NCBI RefSeq assembly: GCF_963921235.1
Contig: NC_086118.1
Span: 21,206,001 to 21,270,000 of the forward strand
DNA length: 64,000 nucleotides
Direction: 5' to 3'
Source: Mobula hypostoma
Lineage: Eukaryota
A model generated the notes under the pieces. That model searched no databases. It was not told the DNA's origin and was given only the letters and a program-made list of their open reading frames with translations. The first letter of the stretch is position 1. Each line of letters opens with the position of its first letter. This document shows, piece by piece, positions 1-12,899 of the stretch. The position numbers and the translations under genes are program-made.

Positions 1-1010
1 TGTACTCAAACTCATCATTACCCGATATACGGCCTACAATTGTTGAGTCATTAGCAAACTTATACATTGAGTTTGATGGAAACTTGGCTACACAATCATG
101 GGTGGACAGTGAGTACAGCAGGGGGCTGAGTACACAGCCTTGTGGGGCACTGGTGCTCAGAGTGATTGTAGAGGAGAGCCTGTCCCCTATTTTTACAGCC
201 TGGGTCCTGTCTGTGAGGAGGTTGAAGATCCAGCTGCAGATATGAGTGCTAAGGCCCAGGTTCCGGAGCTTAGGAATCAGTTTATTTGGAATGATGGTAT
301 TAAAGGCAGAGCTGTAGTCAATGAAAAGGAGCCTTACGTATGCATCTTTATTCTCCAGGTGTTCTAAGGAGGAATGTAGGGCCAGAGAAATGGCATCTGC
401 CGTTGACCTGTTGCTCCGGTAGGCGAACTGCAAAGCGTCGGGGTTGACCGGTAGGCTGTGGTTGATGTGTGCCATAACCAATCTCTCGAAGCACTTCATA
501 GCAATTGATGTCAGAGCCACAGGTTGATAGTCATTCAGGCATGCCATCTTGCTCTTCTTTGGCACTGGGATCATCGTTGCCTTCTTAAAACATGAGGGGA
601 TCTTAGACTGAAGCAAGGAGCAGTTGAAGATGTCAGCAAACATTCCAGCTAGCTTGCTTGCACAGGCCCAGAGAACCCGTCCTGGGACGCCACCTGGGCC
701 CGTCGCCTTCCTTGGATTTATCTTCAGGAAGGCCCTTCTAACGTCCTCCTCGGTGACGATGAATCTCGATGCCACCAGGTCTGGTTCATCCGGAGGGAGC
801 AAGATGCTCCTCTTCTGTTCGAATCTTGCGTAGAATACGTTAAGTTCGTCAGGGAGAGAAGCGCCACAGTTATTGGTATTCCCAGCCTTTTCTTTGCACC
901 CAGGGATCTCATTTAGACCCTGCCATAGTCTACAGGCATCCCTCTGGTTAGCCTGGGCTTCCAACTTGGCTCGATATTGCCTCTTGGCGCCCCTAATGGC
1001 TTTCCGGAGT
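1..1010 (-). mobile_element. Rex1/Babar-clade LINE, reverse-transcriptase fragment (degraded, runs off window start)
   Basis: Minus-strand translation gives PVALTSIAMKCFERLV, LQFAYRSNRSTADAI, VRLLFIDYSSAFNTI, APQGCVLSPLLYSL and YKFANDSTIVG (decayed FADD), the Rex1-type RT motif series. Confidence 0.9.
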
Positions 1011-1231
1011 TCACACACTACACTGATGGGGCGCCCGACAAACCCCAGCCTTCCCACGTGGTGCCCCAACCCAGGACGACATCCACCTAGTCCAAACATG
1101 CCCTCTTGTCAAGATCCGAGACGGCTTTGCCACAGTCCATTGATGCGGTCAGAAGCTGGAGGAGTGGCTTGACAAAAACTAATTAGAAATGTGAAGAGAA
1201 AAGCACCTGCCATATGAAACAACAAATTTAT

Positions 1232-1447
1232 TTACCATGCCCATGGTTTGTTCTTTATCAAATTATGGTATTGCTTTGCACTGCTGTAACTATATGTTAT
1301 AGCTATGTGGTTCTGTCAGTGTTAGGCTTTGGTTTGTCTAGTTTTTTGTGATATCACTCCGGAGAAACATTGTATCATTTCTCAATGCATGTATGCATTT
1401 CTATATGACAATAAAAGAGGACTGAGTGTTCTCATAATCTAATCTAA
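1232..1447 (+). mobile_element. 3' fragment of the non-autonomous retroposon also present at 3009-3700
   Basis: Near-identical to 3481-3700, including AATAAA and the (AATCT)n tail. Confidence 0.8.
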
Positions 1448-1649
1448 TGGCTAGATAGAGTATATATGTTATTAGTTTAGTTATGAGGAATATTGGCATG
1501 GTTATTCAATGAAATAGAAGAAATATAGCAGGTGGATGTAGAGCAATATGATATGGGTAGTTTAGAAAACAGATTTTTTTTGACTTATGGAGAAGTCATG
1601 TTATGGACAGTTCCATATGAGGAATCCTTATAAAACCCAGTGTCTGTCT

Positions 1650-2620
1650 ATATTACATTTTCTATTATCTTGAAGCAGATCTTTATTCTTAGAGAGCAAT
1701 ACTGTACAAATGGGGAATGCTGGTAGAAGACTTCTGTTTTGGAGAGTAAAGCTCTTTTTTTTGCATGCTTTGGTGAACAAGCTGACAATGACTTGGAGTT
1801 CAGCCTCCAAATGTGTGCATTATTAGCATACCGCAGCTTGATGACTGATGCCACGGGTGGCAGTGATTCATCAATGGAGGTGGTGCAGGTTGAACAGTTT
1901 CCAAGTTGTCCTTTAGGTTAGCTCCACTCCAGTGGAAGCTGGTTGGAGGTGAGGTGCAGCATTACAGTGAGAAGGGGGCGCGAAACGGGCTGGGACAATG
2001 ATACAACCTTGTCTGACACTGATGAGCACTGAAAATGAGTCTAGGGGGCCCAGGGGTCAAAATAATGGCAGATCAAAAATGGCAGGCACATTTAATAACT
2101 GTTCCACCTATTCTGCTTTATTTATGAACTCAAAAGCTTTTTTTGAGGTTAATAAAGACATTGAGTAGAGAATTATGCTAGTTCATGCCTTTCTCTTGCA
2201 GCTAATATGCAAAGAAAATCATGCTTTGTGCATTTACTTGGTCAGAATCTACACTATGAGTTAGGAAGCAGTTCTTTGGCGGTTGGGAAGAACCTTGGCA
2301 GTGATGCCAAGGCCATTCAATAGTGACTGTATTCAGATTTCTCTTTTCTCAAAGATGGAGATTATTGCAGCATACTTAGCATCCTCTGGCATCTCCTTCT
2401 CTTCAAAGACGGAGAGATGATGTTGCGTTTGAAATTCCTTTCCAGCAAGTTGGTGGAGATAGCACATGCTTCCAAGGCTATTATTTTACAGCTGACAGAT
2501 GGGCATTTCAACATGTTGTTGCTGAGGGTTGGTGTCAAAGTTGGACCAGATGATTTGCTGTGTGATAGGATCCAGCCTCACCAACACAACTGATCAACAA
2601 GAAGGCCATCATCCTATTTA
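1650..2620 (-). mobile_element. Old RTE-clade LINE remnants (patchy)
   Basis: Minus-strand LRYANNA/EAELQVIVSLF/LSKTEV resemble the RTE YADD region; 2330-2500 resembles the RTE ..EEMPED...AAIISIFE.. block. Many stops and frameshifts. Confidence 0.55.
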
Positions 2621-3008
2621 ACTCTTTAAATGCCTGTCACTAAAACATATGACTTCTACATAACATTCATGTGTCATAACACATGCTCATGTTACCACAA
2701 CTCTTGGATCATCCAATATTTATCTTACTTGTATCATTCGGTAACTTCTGGTTTAAACAGGCAAGCGCTGGGTTCAAGACCTTTCCCTCTTACAGAGTAC
2801 ATAAAGTTAGGCAATGCACTGATGTTTCATATTTTGTGTTTTTCACTAATTTTTTTGCCATTTGCACGATTTGTTCTTTTTTGTGCGCTGGGTGTTTGAT
2901 GTTGTCTTTAAACAAGTTCCATGGTATTTATTTGTTTCATGGCTGTCTGTGGGGAAGATGAATCTCAGGGTTGTATACTGCATACATACTTTGATAACAT
3001 GTATGTAG

Positions 3009-3700
3009 AGGAGAAGATGGCGGCGCGACGGCAGCACGCATGGCATTTCCGGTGATGAATATCTGTTATCTGTCAAGTAGGGGACCGTGCACAATCCTGA
3101 TTTGATGGAGACAGACGTGAGAGTATGGAGGAACATCTGGAAAACTTCTGAAATGCCCGCTTTGCTGCCTCTGCTACTGTGTGGTAACCGGAATCTCCGG
3201 AGCAGAAGGCCCCGAAATCCTCGGCTTTGTGTGTTTCAGTGGCCAGGGTGAGGTCGAAGGCGCTCGACAGAGCATGGCGCTCGGGAGACTGTATTGGAGG
3301 GCTGGTCAGAGGCTCAAAGTTTTCGGATGGATGGACTCAGTGTCGGCTGGGGTCGGCTGCTTCCAAGGCATTGGCAAGTTGGCGGTGCCTGGAGGTTTAT
3401 GGCAGGGAGTTTCTCCCTTTTGCCGCCTGCTATCGGGGACTCGGGAGTCGATCGACTCGGGGACTTTTGAGACTTTTTTTTACCGTGCCCATAGTCTGTT
3501 CTTCATCAAATTATGGTATTGCTTTGCACTGCTGTAACTGTATGTGATAATTATGTGGTTCTGTCAGTGTTAGTCTCTGGTTTGTCCTGTTTTCTATGAT
3601 ATCACTCTGGAGAAACATTGTATCATTTCTTAATGCATGTATGCATTTCTAAATGACAATAAAAGAGGACTGAGTGTTCTCATATTCTAATCTAATCTAA
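3009..3700 (+). mobile_element. Non-autonomous retroposon with AAGATGGCGGC head and (AATCT)n tail, inserted into the 3' tail of a Rex1-like element (about 2690-3722)
   Basis: CpG-rich head, no ORF, polyA signal plus simple-repeat tail; imperfect flanking duplication TAA(C)ATGTA. Confidence 0.7.
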
Positions 3701-4654
3701 TAAATGTACTTTGAATCTTCGACTTGGGGAAATGCTTCTGCTCCCGAATGAAAAGCAGAAATTTTAAGCACAGCTGAACTGAGTTCCTAATAGATAAAAA
3801 GATCTTCTACCAGCAAGGATTTCTACCCCATTGTTAAAATGTGTGAAGCTGTATTTAAAATTGTTCAAAAATAAATAATGCTGAACCAAAGTACTTACTT
3901 CCTACAGCTCAAATCTCTTGAGTGTATGAAGTGACTCCATTTCCTATTTGGGTTCTAAATCCAATAAGTATTACATGAATGTCAACATTATCACTGGCTT
4001 CACCAATTTAAGTCACTTTGGTAGATGGGTATGAACAGGATTGACTTGCATGTTTTGCAAAGTACCTTAAGTATTTTCTTTCGAATGGCAAGGCACTCTT
4101 TCCCTTGCCAAGCGCTCAAAAGTTTATAGAAAAGAATCTGTGGGGAGTGTGTACAACTGGCTGTTTAGAGTCTAGCATACGTGACCAAAGGTGGATTATC
4201 CCCCACATTTCAGCAACATAGGAATAACATGAGCTAACTGGGCACTGAAACTACTTGTATGCAGATCTGGAGATTTTTACTACTGACCATGGCACGTGAG
4301 ACACAACATCTCCCTTAAAATACAGATGGTTAATGTTTAAAACTTGGATTGGTATATTGTATTTTTCTCTACAAGTTCCAATTGCAGTAACTCCAGTGAC
4401 GATGTGTTGTGCAAGAGTAAGTCCCCTGAGCTGAACTGAATTTCCAATTAAATGCAGCACATGAGAATTACTCATCCTTACCGATATCTCGAAAATGCTG
4501 AGGGTACATGCTAGAGAGTACACAGCTCATTAAGAAAGAATCACATGATGTGAGGTCACCCTCGATTCAACACAATGTGGTTTCAAATGGAATGATTACA
4601 GAGCCCCTTGGAAATGAGACACAGAAGCATTCGTTCTTGCTTAAACAGGGCTCA

Positions 4655-5035
4655 GAGTCAGGTTTAATACCATCTGCACATATCGTGAAATTTGTCAACT
4701 TTGGGGCAGCATTTCAGTGAAATACATGATAAATAAACAAAAAAACTGAATGACAGTAGGCATATAAATGTATATTAAATAGTTAAATTAAGATAAGCAG
4801 TGCAAAAAACAGAAATTTGAAATAAGTAGTGAGGTAGGGTTCATAAGTCCAATGCCCATTTAGAAATCTGATGGCAGAGGGGGAAAAGCCATTGCTGAAT
4901 CGTTGAGTGTGTGCCTTCAGGCTTCTGTATCTCCTTCCTGATGATGACAATGAGAAGGGCGCCTGTCCTGGGTGCTGGGGGTCTTTGATGATGGAAGCCG
5001 CTTTTCCAAGGCACTGCTCCTTGAAGGTGTCTCGG
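4655..5035 (-). mobile_element. Rex1/Babar LINE 3' end
   Basis: ORF 4783..5103 contains KAASIIKDPQHPG...SGRRYRSLKAHTQRFSNGFSPSAIR, the Rex1 C-terminal signature, followed by a 3' UTR. Confidence 0.85.
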
Positions 5036-6139
5036 AGAAAGGTTTGAATAGAAGACAACCTATGTCGGGCTCTTGCTGCACAGCGGCAGAAATGCCCTGG
5101 CATCTCTGGTCCTAACTGGCCTAAAGTCGGTGAAGTTTAATTGGAAACAGCAGTACATTCTGAACAAATCTGCAGTAGTGAGAGAAGAGCATGCCACCCG
5201 GCACCTTTTATTTACTCAGGCCATTACCAAGCCTGCTGTCAGGGTCTGAACCGCACACAGCCAGCCTGATAATGCCTGCTCTAATTAAACCAGGCCTTGT
5301 GCCGCCTTATCTTCACCATTGTTTGTTCTTGCTTTTCCATTCCTGTTTACCCATGTGATCAATCTCAAAGTGAGTCTAAAGTGTTTACCATCAATCAATG
5401 GAGTGTAAGAAATGGATAATCCTTGTTTAAACTGGCCTCATTTAAAAATAACAAAACGCGAATGGGTCAAATTCCCAGTGTCATCTACCTTTTAGCTGGA
5501 AATGAAGAAATGCATCACAAAGGCCTTGAAATGCTTTTCAATCTAACAGCCGTAATGTACTATAATCAAAGCATTAGATGCAACTGTTCTGAGCCCCAAA
5601 GCCATAACAAACTTTAACTCACTTCATTAAAATATTGCCAATGTAATGCATTGATAATAAATTGTTGTAATACAGATTAAAGCAAACCTAGCAATCCAGG
5701 TTAATGTCCTCAAATTGCTATCATTTTATAAACTACTGTACCACAGAATAAAACTCCTTAGGTTCATCGAAGTAAAAAATAAAGTGGCTTAATACGCCAA
5801 ATTATAATGAATGGAACACAGGAACAGGAAAAAACCACTTAGCCTGTTCCACTCTTTAACATTGTCTTGGCTGCATATTTTCCCCATATTTGTTATTACT
5901 TTAGATCAAGCAAAGTTCAAAGTACATTTATTACCAAGGTATGTATACAACCTCAAGATTCGTCTCCTAATAGGTAGTCACAAAAACAAAAAAACCTGAA
6001 AATTACCCTTAAAAAAGACAGACTCTTGAAGTGCAGAGTGAAAGCAAATCATGCTAGCTAATAGTCCACAAAGACCATCATGTCCGCAGACCCTTAGTTC
6101 AGTGCAGAGCAGAGCAGTAAACTAACAGAATATTCACTG

Positions 6140-7676
6140 ATGGAATATCCCCCAGGTTGCTCCACGAGGTGAGGGAAGAGATTGCTGAGCCTCTGGCGCT
6201 AGGATCTTTATGTCCTCGTTGTCCATGGGAATGGGACTGGAGCATTGCAGAGAGGCGATTGCTGTCCCTTTGTTCAAAAAAGGTAGTAGGGATAGTCCGG
6301 GTAATTATAGACCAGTGAGCCTTACGTCTGTGGTGGGAAAGCTGTTGGAAAAGATTCTTAGAGATAGGATCTATGGGCATTTAGAGAATCATAGTCTGAT
6401 CAGGGACAGTCAGCATGGCTTTGTGAAGGGCAGATCGTGTCTAACTAGCCTGATAGAGTTCTTTGAGGAGGTGACCAGGCATATAGATGAGAGTAGTGCA
6501 GTGGATGTGATCTACATGGATTTTAGTAACGCATTTGACAAGGTTCCACACAGTAGGCTTATTCAGAAAGTCAGAAGGCAAGGGATCCAGGGAAGTTTGG
6601 CCAGGTGGATTCAGAATTGGCTTGCCTGCACAAGGCAGAGGGTCGTGGTGGAGGGATTACATTCAGATTGGAGGATTGTGACTAGTGGTGTCCCACAAGG
6701 ATCTGTTCCGGGACCTCTACTTTTCGTGATTTTTATTAATGACCTGGATGTTGGGGTAGAAGGGTGGGTTGGCAAGTTTGCAGATGACACAAAGGTTGGT
6801 GGTGTTGTGGATAGTGTAGAGGATTGTCGAAGATTGCAGAGAGACATTGATAGGATGCAGAAGTAGGCTGAGAAGTGGCAGATGGAGTTCAACCCGGAGA
6901 AGTGTGAGGTGGTACACTTTGCAAGGACAAATTCCAAGGCAGAGTACAAAGTAAATGGCAGGATACCTGGTAGTGTGGAGGAGCAGAGGGATCTGTGGGT
7001 ACATGTCCACAGATCCCTGAAAGTTGCCTCACAGGTGGATAGGGTAGTTAAGAAAGCTTATGGGATGTTAACTTTCACAAGTCGAGGGATAGAGTTTAAG
7101 AGTCGTGATGTAATGATGCAGCTCTATAAAACTCTGGTTAGGCCACACTTGGAGTACTGTGTCCAGTTCTGGTCGCCTCACTATAGGAAGGATGTGGAAG
7201 CATTGGAAAGGGTACAGAGGAGATTTACCAGGATGCTGCCTGGTTTAGAGAGTACGCATTACGATCAGAGATTAAGGGAGCCAGGGGTTTACTCTTTGGA
7301 GAGAAGGAGGGTGAGAGGAGACATGATAGAGGTGTACAAGATAATAAGAGGAATAGATAGAATGGATAGCCAGCGCCTCTTCTCCACGGCACCACTGCTC
7401 AATACAAGAGGAAATGGCTTTAAGGTAAGGGGTGGGAAGTTCAAGGGGGATATTAGAGGAAGGTTTTTTACTCAGAGAGTGGTTGGTCCGTGGAATGCAC
7501 TGCCTGAGTCAGTGATGGAGGCAGATACACTAGTGAAGTTTAAGAGACTACTAGACAGGTATATGGAGGAATTTAAGGTGGGGGTTTATATGGGAGGCAG
7601 GGTTTGAGGGTCAGCACAATATTGTGGGCTGAAGGGCCTGTACTGTGCTGTACTATTCTATGTTCTATGTTCTATG
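6140..7676 (+). mobile_element. CR1 LINE, 5'-truncated RT plus 3' UTR
   Basis: PGNYRPVSLTSVVGK, QHGF, GVPQGSV, KFADDTK and RPHLEYCVQFWSP; one premature TAG at 6864-6866; (TTCTATG)n tail. Confidence 0.95.
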
Positions 7677-8219
7677 ACAGGCCCATCCCTCGCCTCGGGC
7701 CCTAACACCCTGAATTTTTCAATCTGGCCTGGTACGTGAATCGTTCAAACACTGGGTTCAGTTGCTTTGATATGCTCTGGGGCCTGGACCCTGCCCCGCC
7801 TCGATTCGGCCTGTGCCCAACCTTTCCGATTCGGCTTGGTGCTTAAATCGATTGTACCTCGGGTCTTCCTCGCTCTTGGCGACAGGCCCACTTGCTTCGC
7901 TCGCCTCATCTTGTTTCTACCACATCAAATTGCCTCCAAGTCCAAAGGGAAGTTACAGGCTATTGGTCGCGATGATCATTTACCAGAAAAAGAGGGATTA
8001 ACAAAGTATTTAGCTGTGTTCTGTTTCCTTAGCCAGAAGTCACTGAGATTAATCAGTTCCATCTTAAATCAGAAGGTTGATTTAAAGTTCTCAGATTTAT
8101 AGTTAAACTTTGACCTGGCTTCAATTGTCTTTTGCAGAAGGGAGCTCTAGCCTTCCTCTGTCTGTTTGTATAGAAATGTTTCCGAATTTTACCTCAGAGA
8201 GCCCTGGTTATAAAGAATT

Positions 8220-8650
8220 TATAAAAAATTGCATTGGCAGTAGCTAAGAAGACTATAGCAGTTACTTGGAAATCTGATTCGTATTTAGGTATGAATCGTT
8301 GGAACAATTAAATGGCTAGTTCTATTCCAATGGAAAAAATTACTTATAATTTAAGAGATAAATATGAAACATTTTTGAATATTTGGCGCCCTTATTTACA
8401 AAAGATAGGATGGCATATTTAATTGCTCCGATAAAGATCTTGGTCCTTTGGGGAAACTAACGAATAAGTATACTAAATTTATTTTGAATCCCATGGAGCA
8501 TGTGGAAACCTTCCAATACCCAGACAGTTCTTCTTTTTTTTCTTTCTTTCTTTTCTTTTTTAGGTAGGACTATATGGGGGGGGGGGAGGGTAGTTATTAT
8601 CTTTCCATGTATTCATTTTGAAAACTTAATAAAAATTATATTAAAAAAAC
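8220..8650 (+). mobile_element. L1/Tx1-type LINE 3' end
   Basis: IALAVAKKTIAVTWKS...PMEKITYNLRDKYETFLNIWRPY (ORF2 C-terminus), then UTR, AATAAA and an A-rich end. Confidence 0.75.
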
Positions 8651-9673
8651 AGAGCCCTGGTTCTAACTTTCATTCAACACCAACAACCCCCTCCCCCCAC
8701 TATCCTCTTCCCTCTATGTTAGGTAAACAAATCTCTTGTTGAGCTGAACAAATTTGTAGAAAGATTGAAAACTTCAATAATCACCCATTAACCTCCTAAA
8801 TCCTAGGGAACAAACCCCTTGCTTGTGTGATCATAAACTGGCAGTGGCAGGGAAAGAAGCTAATAAGCAAGTGTCAGGATGGTGCCGAGGTGCAGTCTCC
8901 GCTGAGGTTGTGGCTGAGACTTGGTTAATTTTTAGGTTGATAGGAACAGGGTGGAGAGTTAAGAGTCAGGTTAGGGTTAAGGTCAGGGATGTGGCGAAGT
9001 TGGAGGTCAGGGTGGAACTCAGGTTGGAACTCAGGTTGGAGTGCTCCATGGATTGAGGCCGATGATCTCCGCTGTTGGACGCCGGGCCGGAAAGTGCCGT
9101 AGACGAAGATCAGCGAGGGTAGGGGGTGTTGATCCCCCAGGTCAGCAAGTCTCCCACACCCTCAGGGCATGCAGGAGGCATGAGGGCCGGTGATTCCCCT
9201 AGGTCAGCACGTCGGAGGCTTGGAGTTCAGGGTCCTATCATCGTCAGGTCCTGGCGTTGATACCAAAGATCGAAGCCTGATTGCTGAAGACTGAAGTTGG
9301 TGAATCTGGAAATCGAGGCCTGTTATCTGAGGCTCTGGGTCTGCCGATCTGTGAGTCCTCTGGGGAAGTTGGAGGCCCAGTTCTGTGAGACTGTAAATTC
9401 ACTGGAAGCTGGAGGCCCAGAGTGGCCTGACCTGGGATTGGAGGGCTGGGTGTCTGAGTAGGTGGGTGAGAGGCAGGAAGGCGCACTGTTTTGCTGTTAT
9501 TTTGTTGCTGTAGTTGCCTGGGTTGTTCTGCAAAACATTGTGGGCATGCTACGTTGGAGCTGGAATATATGGCGACACTTGTGGGCTGCCCCCAGCACAT
9601 TCTTAGTTTAGGTTAAGACAAGTGATGCATTTCACTGCAAGTTTCAATGTACACCTCTTAAATAAATGGACCT

Positions 9674-10675
9674 TATCTTTAGTCATATGGACTCTACGTA
9701 CCACCTTAAATTGTATGAGGGAATGGCGACCACATAGTGATGAAGTATTAACCAGTTTAAAATTTTCATTCCAAGTTTCCTCAGATATTGATGCCTGTAA
9801 ATCTTGTTCCCAAGGATTCTTAATTTTGTGCGAAGAAACATTCATCATCTCCAGTAACATACCATAAATATTAGATATTGAACCATTGTGAAGAGGTGTC
9901 AAATTAAAAATTTCATCTAGTAAGTTCTTATCTGAGCTTATAGGAAATGTGCATATATCAGATATATCTCCCTACTGTGACAGATATAATAATGGAGAAG
10001 CTTCATTAATTCATATGTTTTGGACTTGTCCGAGTCTTGAAAAATATTGGAAGGAAGTTTTTCAAACTTTTTCTTTACTTTTCAAAGTCAAATTTAAGCC
10101 TAATCCTCTGACGGCCCTATTCGGTATTGTTGCAGGACAAGATATCAAGCTGAAGACATCTGATTTACATATTTTGGCCTTTAGCTCTCTTATAGAAAGG
10201 AGGGCACTTTTGTTTAAATGGAAAGATGTTTTTCCTCCTACTTATGCTCAATAGTTATGCGACGTTATGTCATGCTTAGATTTAGAGAAGATTCGTTGTT
10301 CAATTTCTGAATCTTGTCAAGACTTCCAAACATTGTGGGGACCTTTTCTGAATTACTTTCAAAACTTTCAAAACCAATTTGTTGTTTGAATTCAGATGTT
10401 GACTATTATTAATTTTTATTATATGAAAAGGTATTTTACCTTTTTTCTCCTTAATAAACAGCTTTGGTCTTGGTAGGAGTTAAACTTTTTTTGTAATCAA
10501 TTAGTATATTTCAATATAACTATTCATTAACTTACATGAATACGGGGTAATTAGATTGTTATTATGAATAGATATAATGTAATTGGTAGTTTTTAAAAAT
10601 CTTTTTTGACCTTTTATATATACTTTCTTGTACTCTGTATTCTTCTATGTAGAAACTAATAAAAATATTGGAAAG
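9674..10675 (+). mobile_element. L1-clade LINE 3' end with 5' inversion (about 9674-9957 inverted) and 14-bp TSD
   Basis: Minus-strand ...LIQFKVVRRVHMTKDK is continued by plus-strand SDISPYCDR...LIHMFWTCP (ORF2 Cys-rich region). AAATAAATGGACCT occurs at 9660-9673 and 10676-10689. Confidence 0.9.
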
Positions 10676-11231
10676 AAATAAATGGACCTGAAATCTGAAA
10701 TCAGTCAGCAAGGGTTATTATTAGGTACCACCCATCCCTAATAAAGTGGCCACTGAGTGTATGTTCATGGCTTTCTGCTACAATAGCCCATCTGCTTCAA
10801 GATTCAACATATATGTTCGGAGATGCTTTTGTGCACACCACTCTTGTAATGCATGGTTACTTGAGTCAGTGTCACCTTCCTGTCAGTTTGAACCAGTCTA
10901 GACATTCTCCTCTGACTTCTCTCATTAACAAGGAACTTTTGCCCACAGAAAAGGACGTTTTTTTGTTTCTCTTGTCATTCTCTCTGAACTCCAGAGACTG
11001 TTGCGTTTAAAAATCCCAGGAAAATCAGTAGTTTCTGAGATACTCAAACCAGCTTGTCTGGCACCACGGTCAAAGTCCCTTAGATCACATTTCTTCCCCA
11101 TTCTGATGTTTGGTCTGACCAACAAGTGGACCTCATGACCAGGTCTGCATGCTTTTATACACTGAGTTGCTGCTAGACAATTAGCAGATTAGATATTTGC
11201 ATTAATAAGGAGGTATACAGGTATACCTAAT

Positions 11232-12412
11232 TGTCACAGTGGGGGGCGCTGAAAGCGGACCCAAATGCAAGACACAGACACTGAAGTACAAGGAACAGGA
11301 CTTGACTAGAGTAGGGACATGACAGGATACAGACAAGGAGCAGGGACAAGAACGCAGACTTGGGCTAGGACACGGACTAGACAGGGAACCCGGGCCAGGA
11401 ACCATGAACTAGGAACCTGGGCTTGAGGGTGGGGTCTTGAGTCTTGAGGCTTGAGGCTGGGGTCTTGGCTCTAGAGGCTTGGGGCTGCTAACTCAGAGGC
11501 TGGAGCTTGGAGACAGACCGGGAACTGTACATCAACACAGAGCCGGAACTATCCTTCCAAAAGCCAGGACTCATCTTTAACTCGACACTAACATGAGACT
11601 GGACAGTACACAGACATAGAGCCGGGACTCATTCATAGACGAGCTGGGACTCAGCTTTATCTCCACACCAAGGTGGGAAAGGTCCACCTGTTGGGTAATG
11701 GCAGAACGGCCGGACTTACCCAACAGAGGCAAAGACAAGACAAGACTGATCCCCCAACAGGGCAACGGCAAAATGGCCTGACTTACCCCATGGAGGCGAG
11801 GGCAAGACAAGACAGGACCCCCTGCAGGGCAACAGCAGAATGGCCTGACTTAACCCCACGGAGGCAAGGACAAAACAAGACAGATCCCCCCCCAGGGCAA
11901 CGGCAAAATGGCCTGACTTACCCCACGGAGGCGAAGACAAGAAGAGACAAACACCAAAGAACGACAGACAGTTCCATCTCTGCTTCAGGGTTGCTCCGAG
12001 TCGCAGTTATGGCCAGCAACCTAGGCTGGCTATGGAAACAGCCGGATCCCTACCTAGCTCCGAGTGGCCGATGGCCACTCAGCTGGCCTGGGAAACGGCT
12101 GAATCCATACCACAAAGACTGCTCCAACTACCAACAGTAAGCTCCATGAAGCAACGGTTCTCCAACACAGCCTAAGGATGGCAAGTGGCCGCTCTAGCCT
12201 TCCACCGGCAGGTTGCTCCCAGGAAATCATGACAAGACAAACCAGCAGCTCACACTCAACCCAAAGGCTACTTATATTCCAAGCCCCAAGATGGGAATCA
12301 GGTGCCTATGATAAACTCAATCAAAACAAGGGACAGCTGGAAGACCCGGAGTCCTGAGTCCACGGACTGGACCGTGAACTGGAATGCAGACTTCACGGAC
12401 CGGACCATGACA
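11232..12412 (-). mobile_element. Solo LTR (Gypsy- or BEL-type)
   Basis: Ends TGTCA...TGACA; exact 5-bp TSD CTAAT at 11227-11231 and 12413-12417; TATA-like AATATAAG on the minus strand near 12271-12278; no gag/pol inside. Confidence 0.8.
11694..11945. repeat. Minisatellite inside the solo LTR, about 67-68 bp x about 3.7 copies
   Basis: GGCAACGGCAAAATGGCCTGACTTACCCC-like unit starts at 11694, 11761, 11828 and 11896. Confidence 0.85.
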
Positions 12413-12899
12413 CTAATAGCATGGCCACTGGGTCTATTCCCTTACTTTTTCCCATTACCCTACTTTTTTCTCTTCAAATACCTCTTTGAAAATCAGGTAC
12501 CTTTCTTGTAAGCCTAAATATCACTCTCCAAGGTTGGCAGATGGAACTGCAGGCATTATTCTGGTTATGGGGTAGCCCGGGAGTTCTGCCCTCTAAAGGT
12601 GCAGTTGATTTTGTATGAACATCACTTCCCACATGTAAGCTGTTTTTTTGTATCATATTCTGCATGGATTAGTTTTGATTTAATTTGAGGTGCAGGGTGG
12701 AAAGACAAACACCCCCACCCATTCTTTATTTTCCATATCTTTTCAGAGTAAAGAGATCTCATAAAAAACCCTACAGAAAACTTCCATCTCAATGATTTAT
12801 GAGAAGTTGTTTAGCTCACTGCATCGCTGTGTACAAACTGTGTACTGTGAAGGCGGCTGAGTGAAAAGATAGCTCATCTTCAAAGTCATCACCCATGGA

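Larger units (their letters stand above)
10720..12432. mobile_element. Non-autonomous Tc1/mariner-like DNA element remnant, interrupted by the LTR at 11232-12412
   Basis: Repeated CCTAATAAAGTGGCCACTGAGTG-like motif (about 10736-10759; second copy split by the LTR at 11226-11231/12413-12432) and a short internal Tc1-like stretch (MGKKCDLRDFDRG). Confidence 0.55.

Noticed and set aside
11694..11945. CRISPR-like array, or repeat-protein ORF 11673..12140
   Set aside because: The units are contiguous degenerate tandem repeats without unique spacers and lie inside an LTR; the ORF is a by-product.
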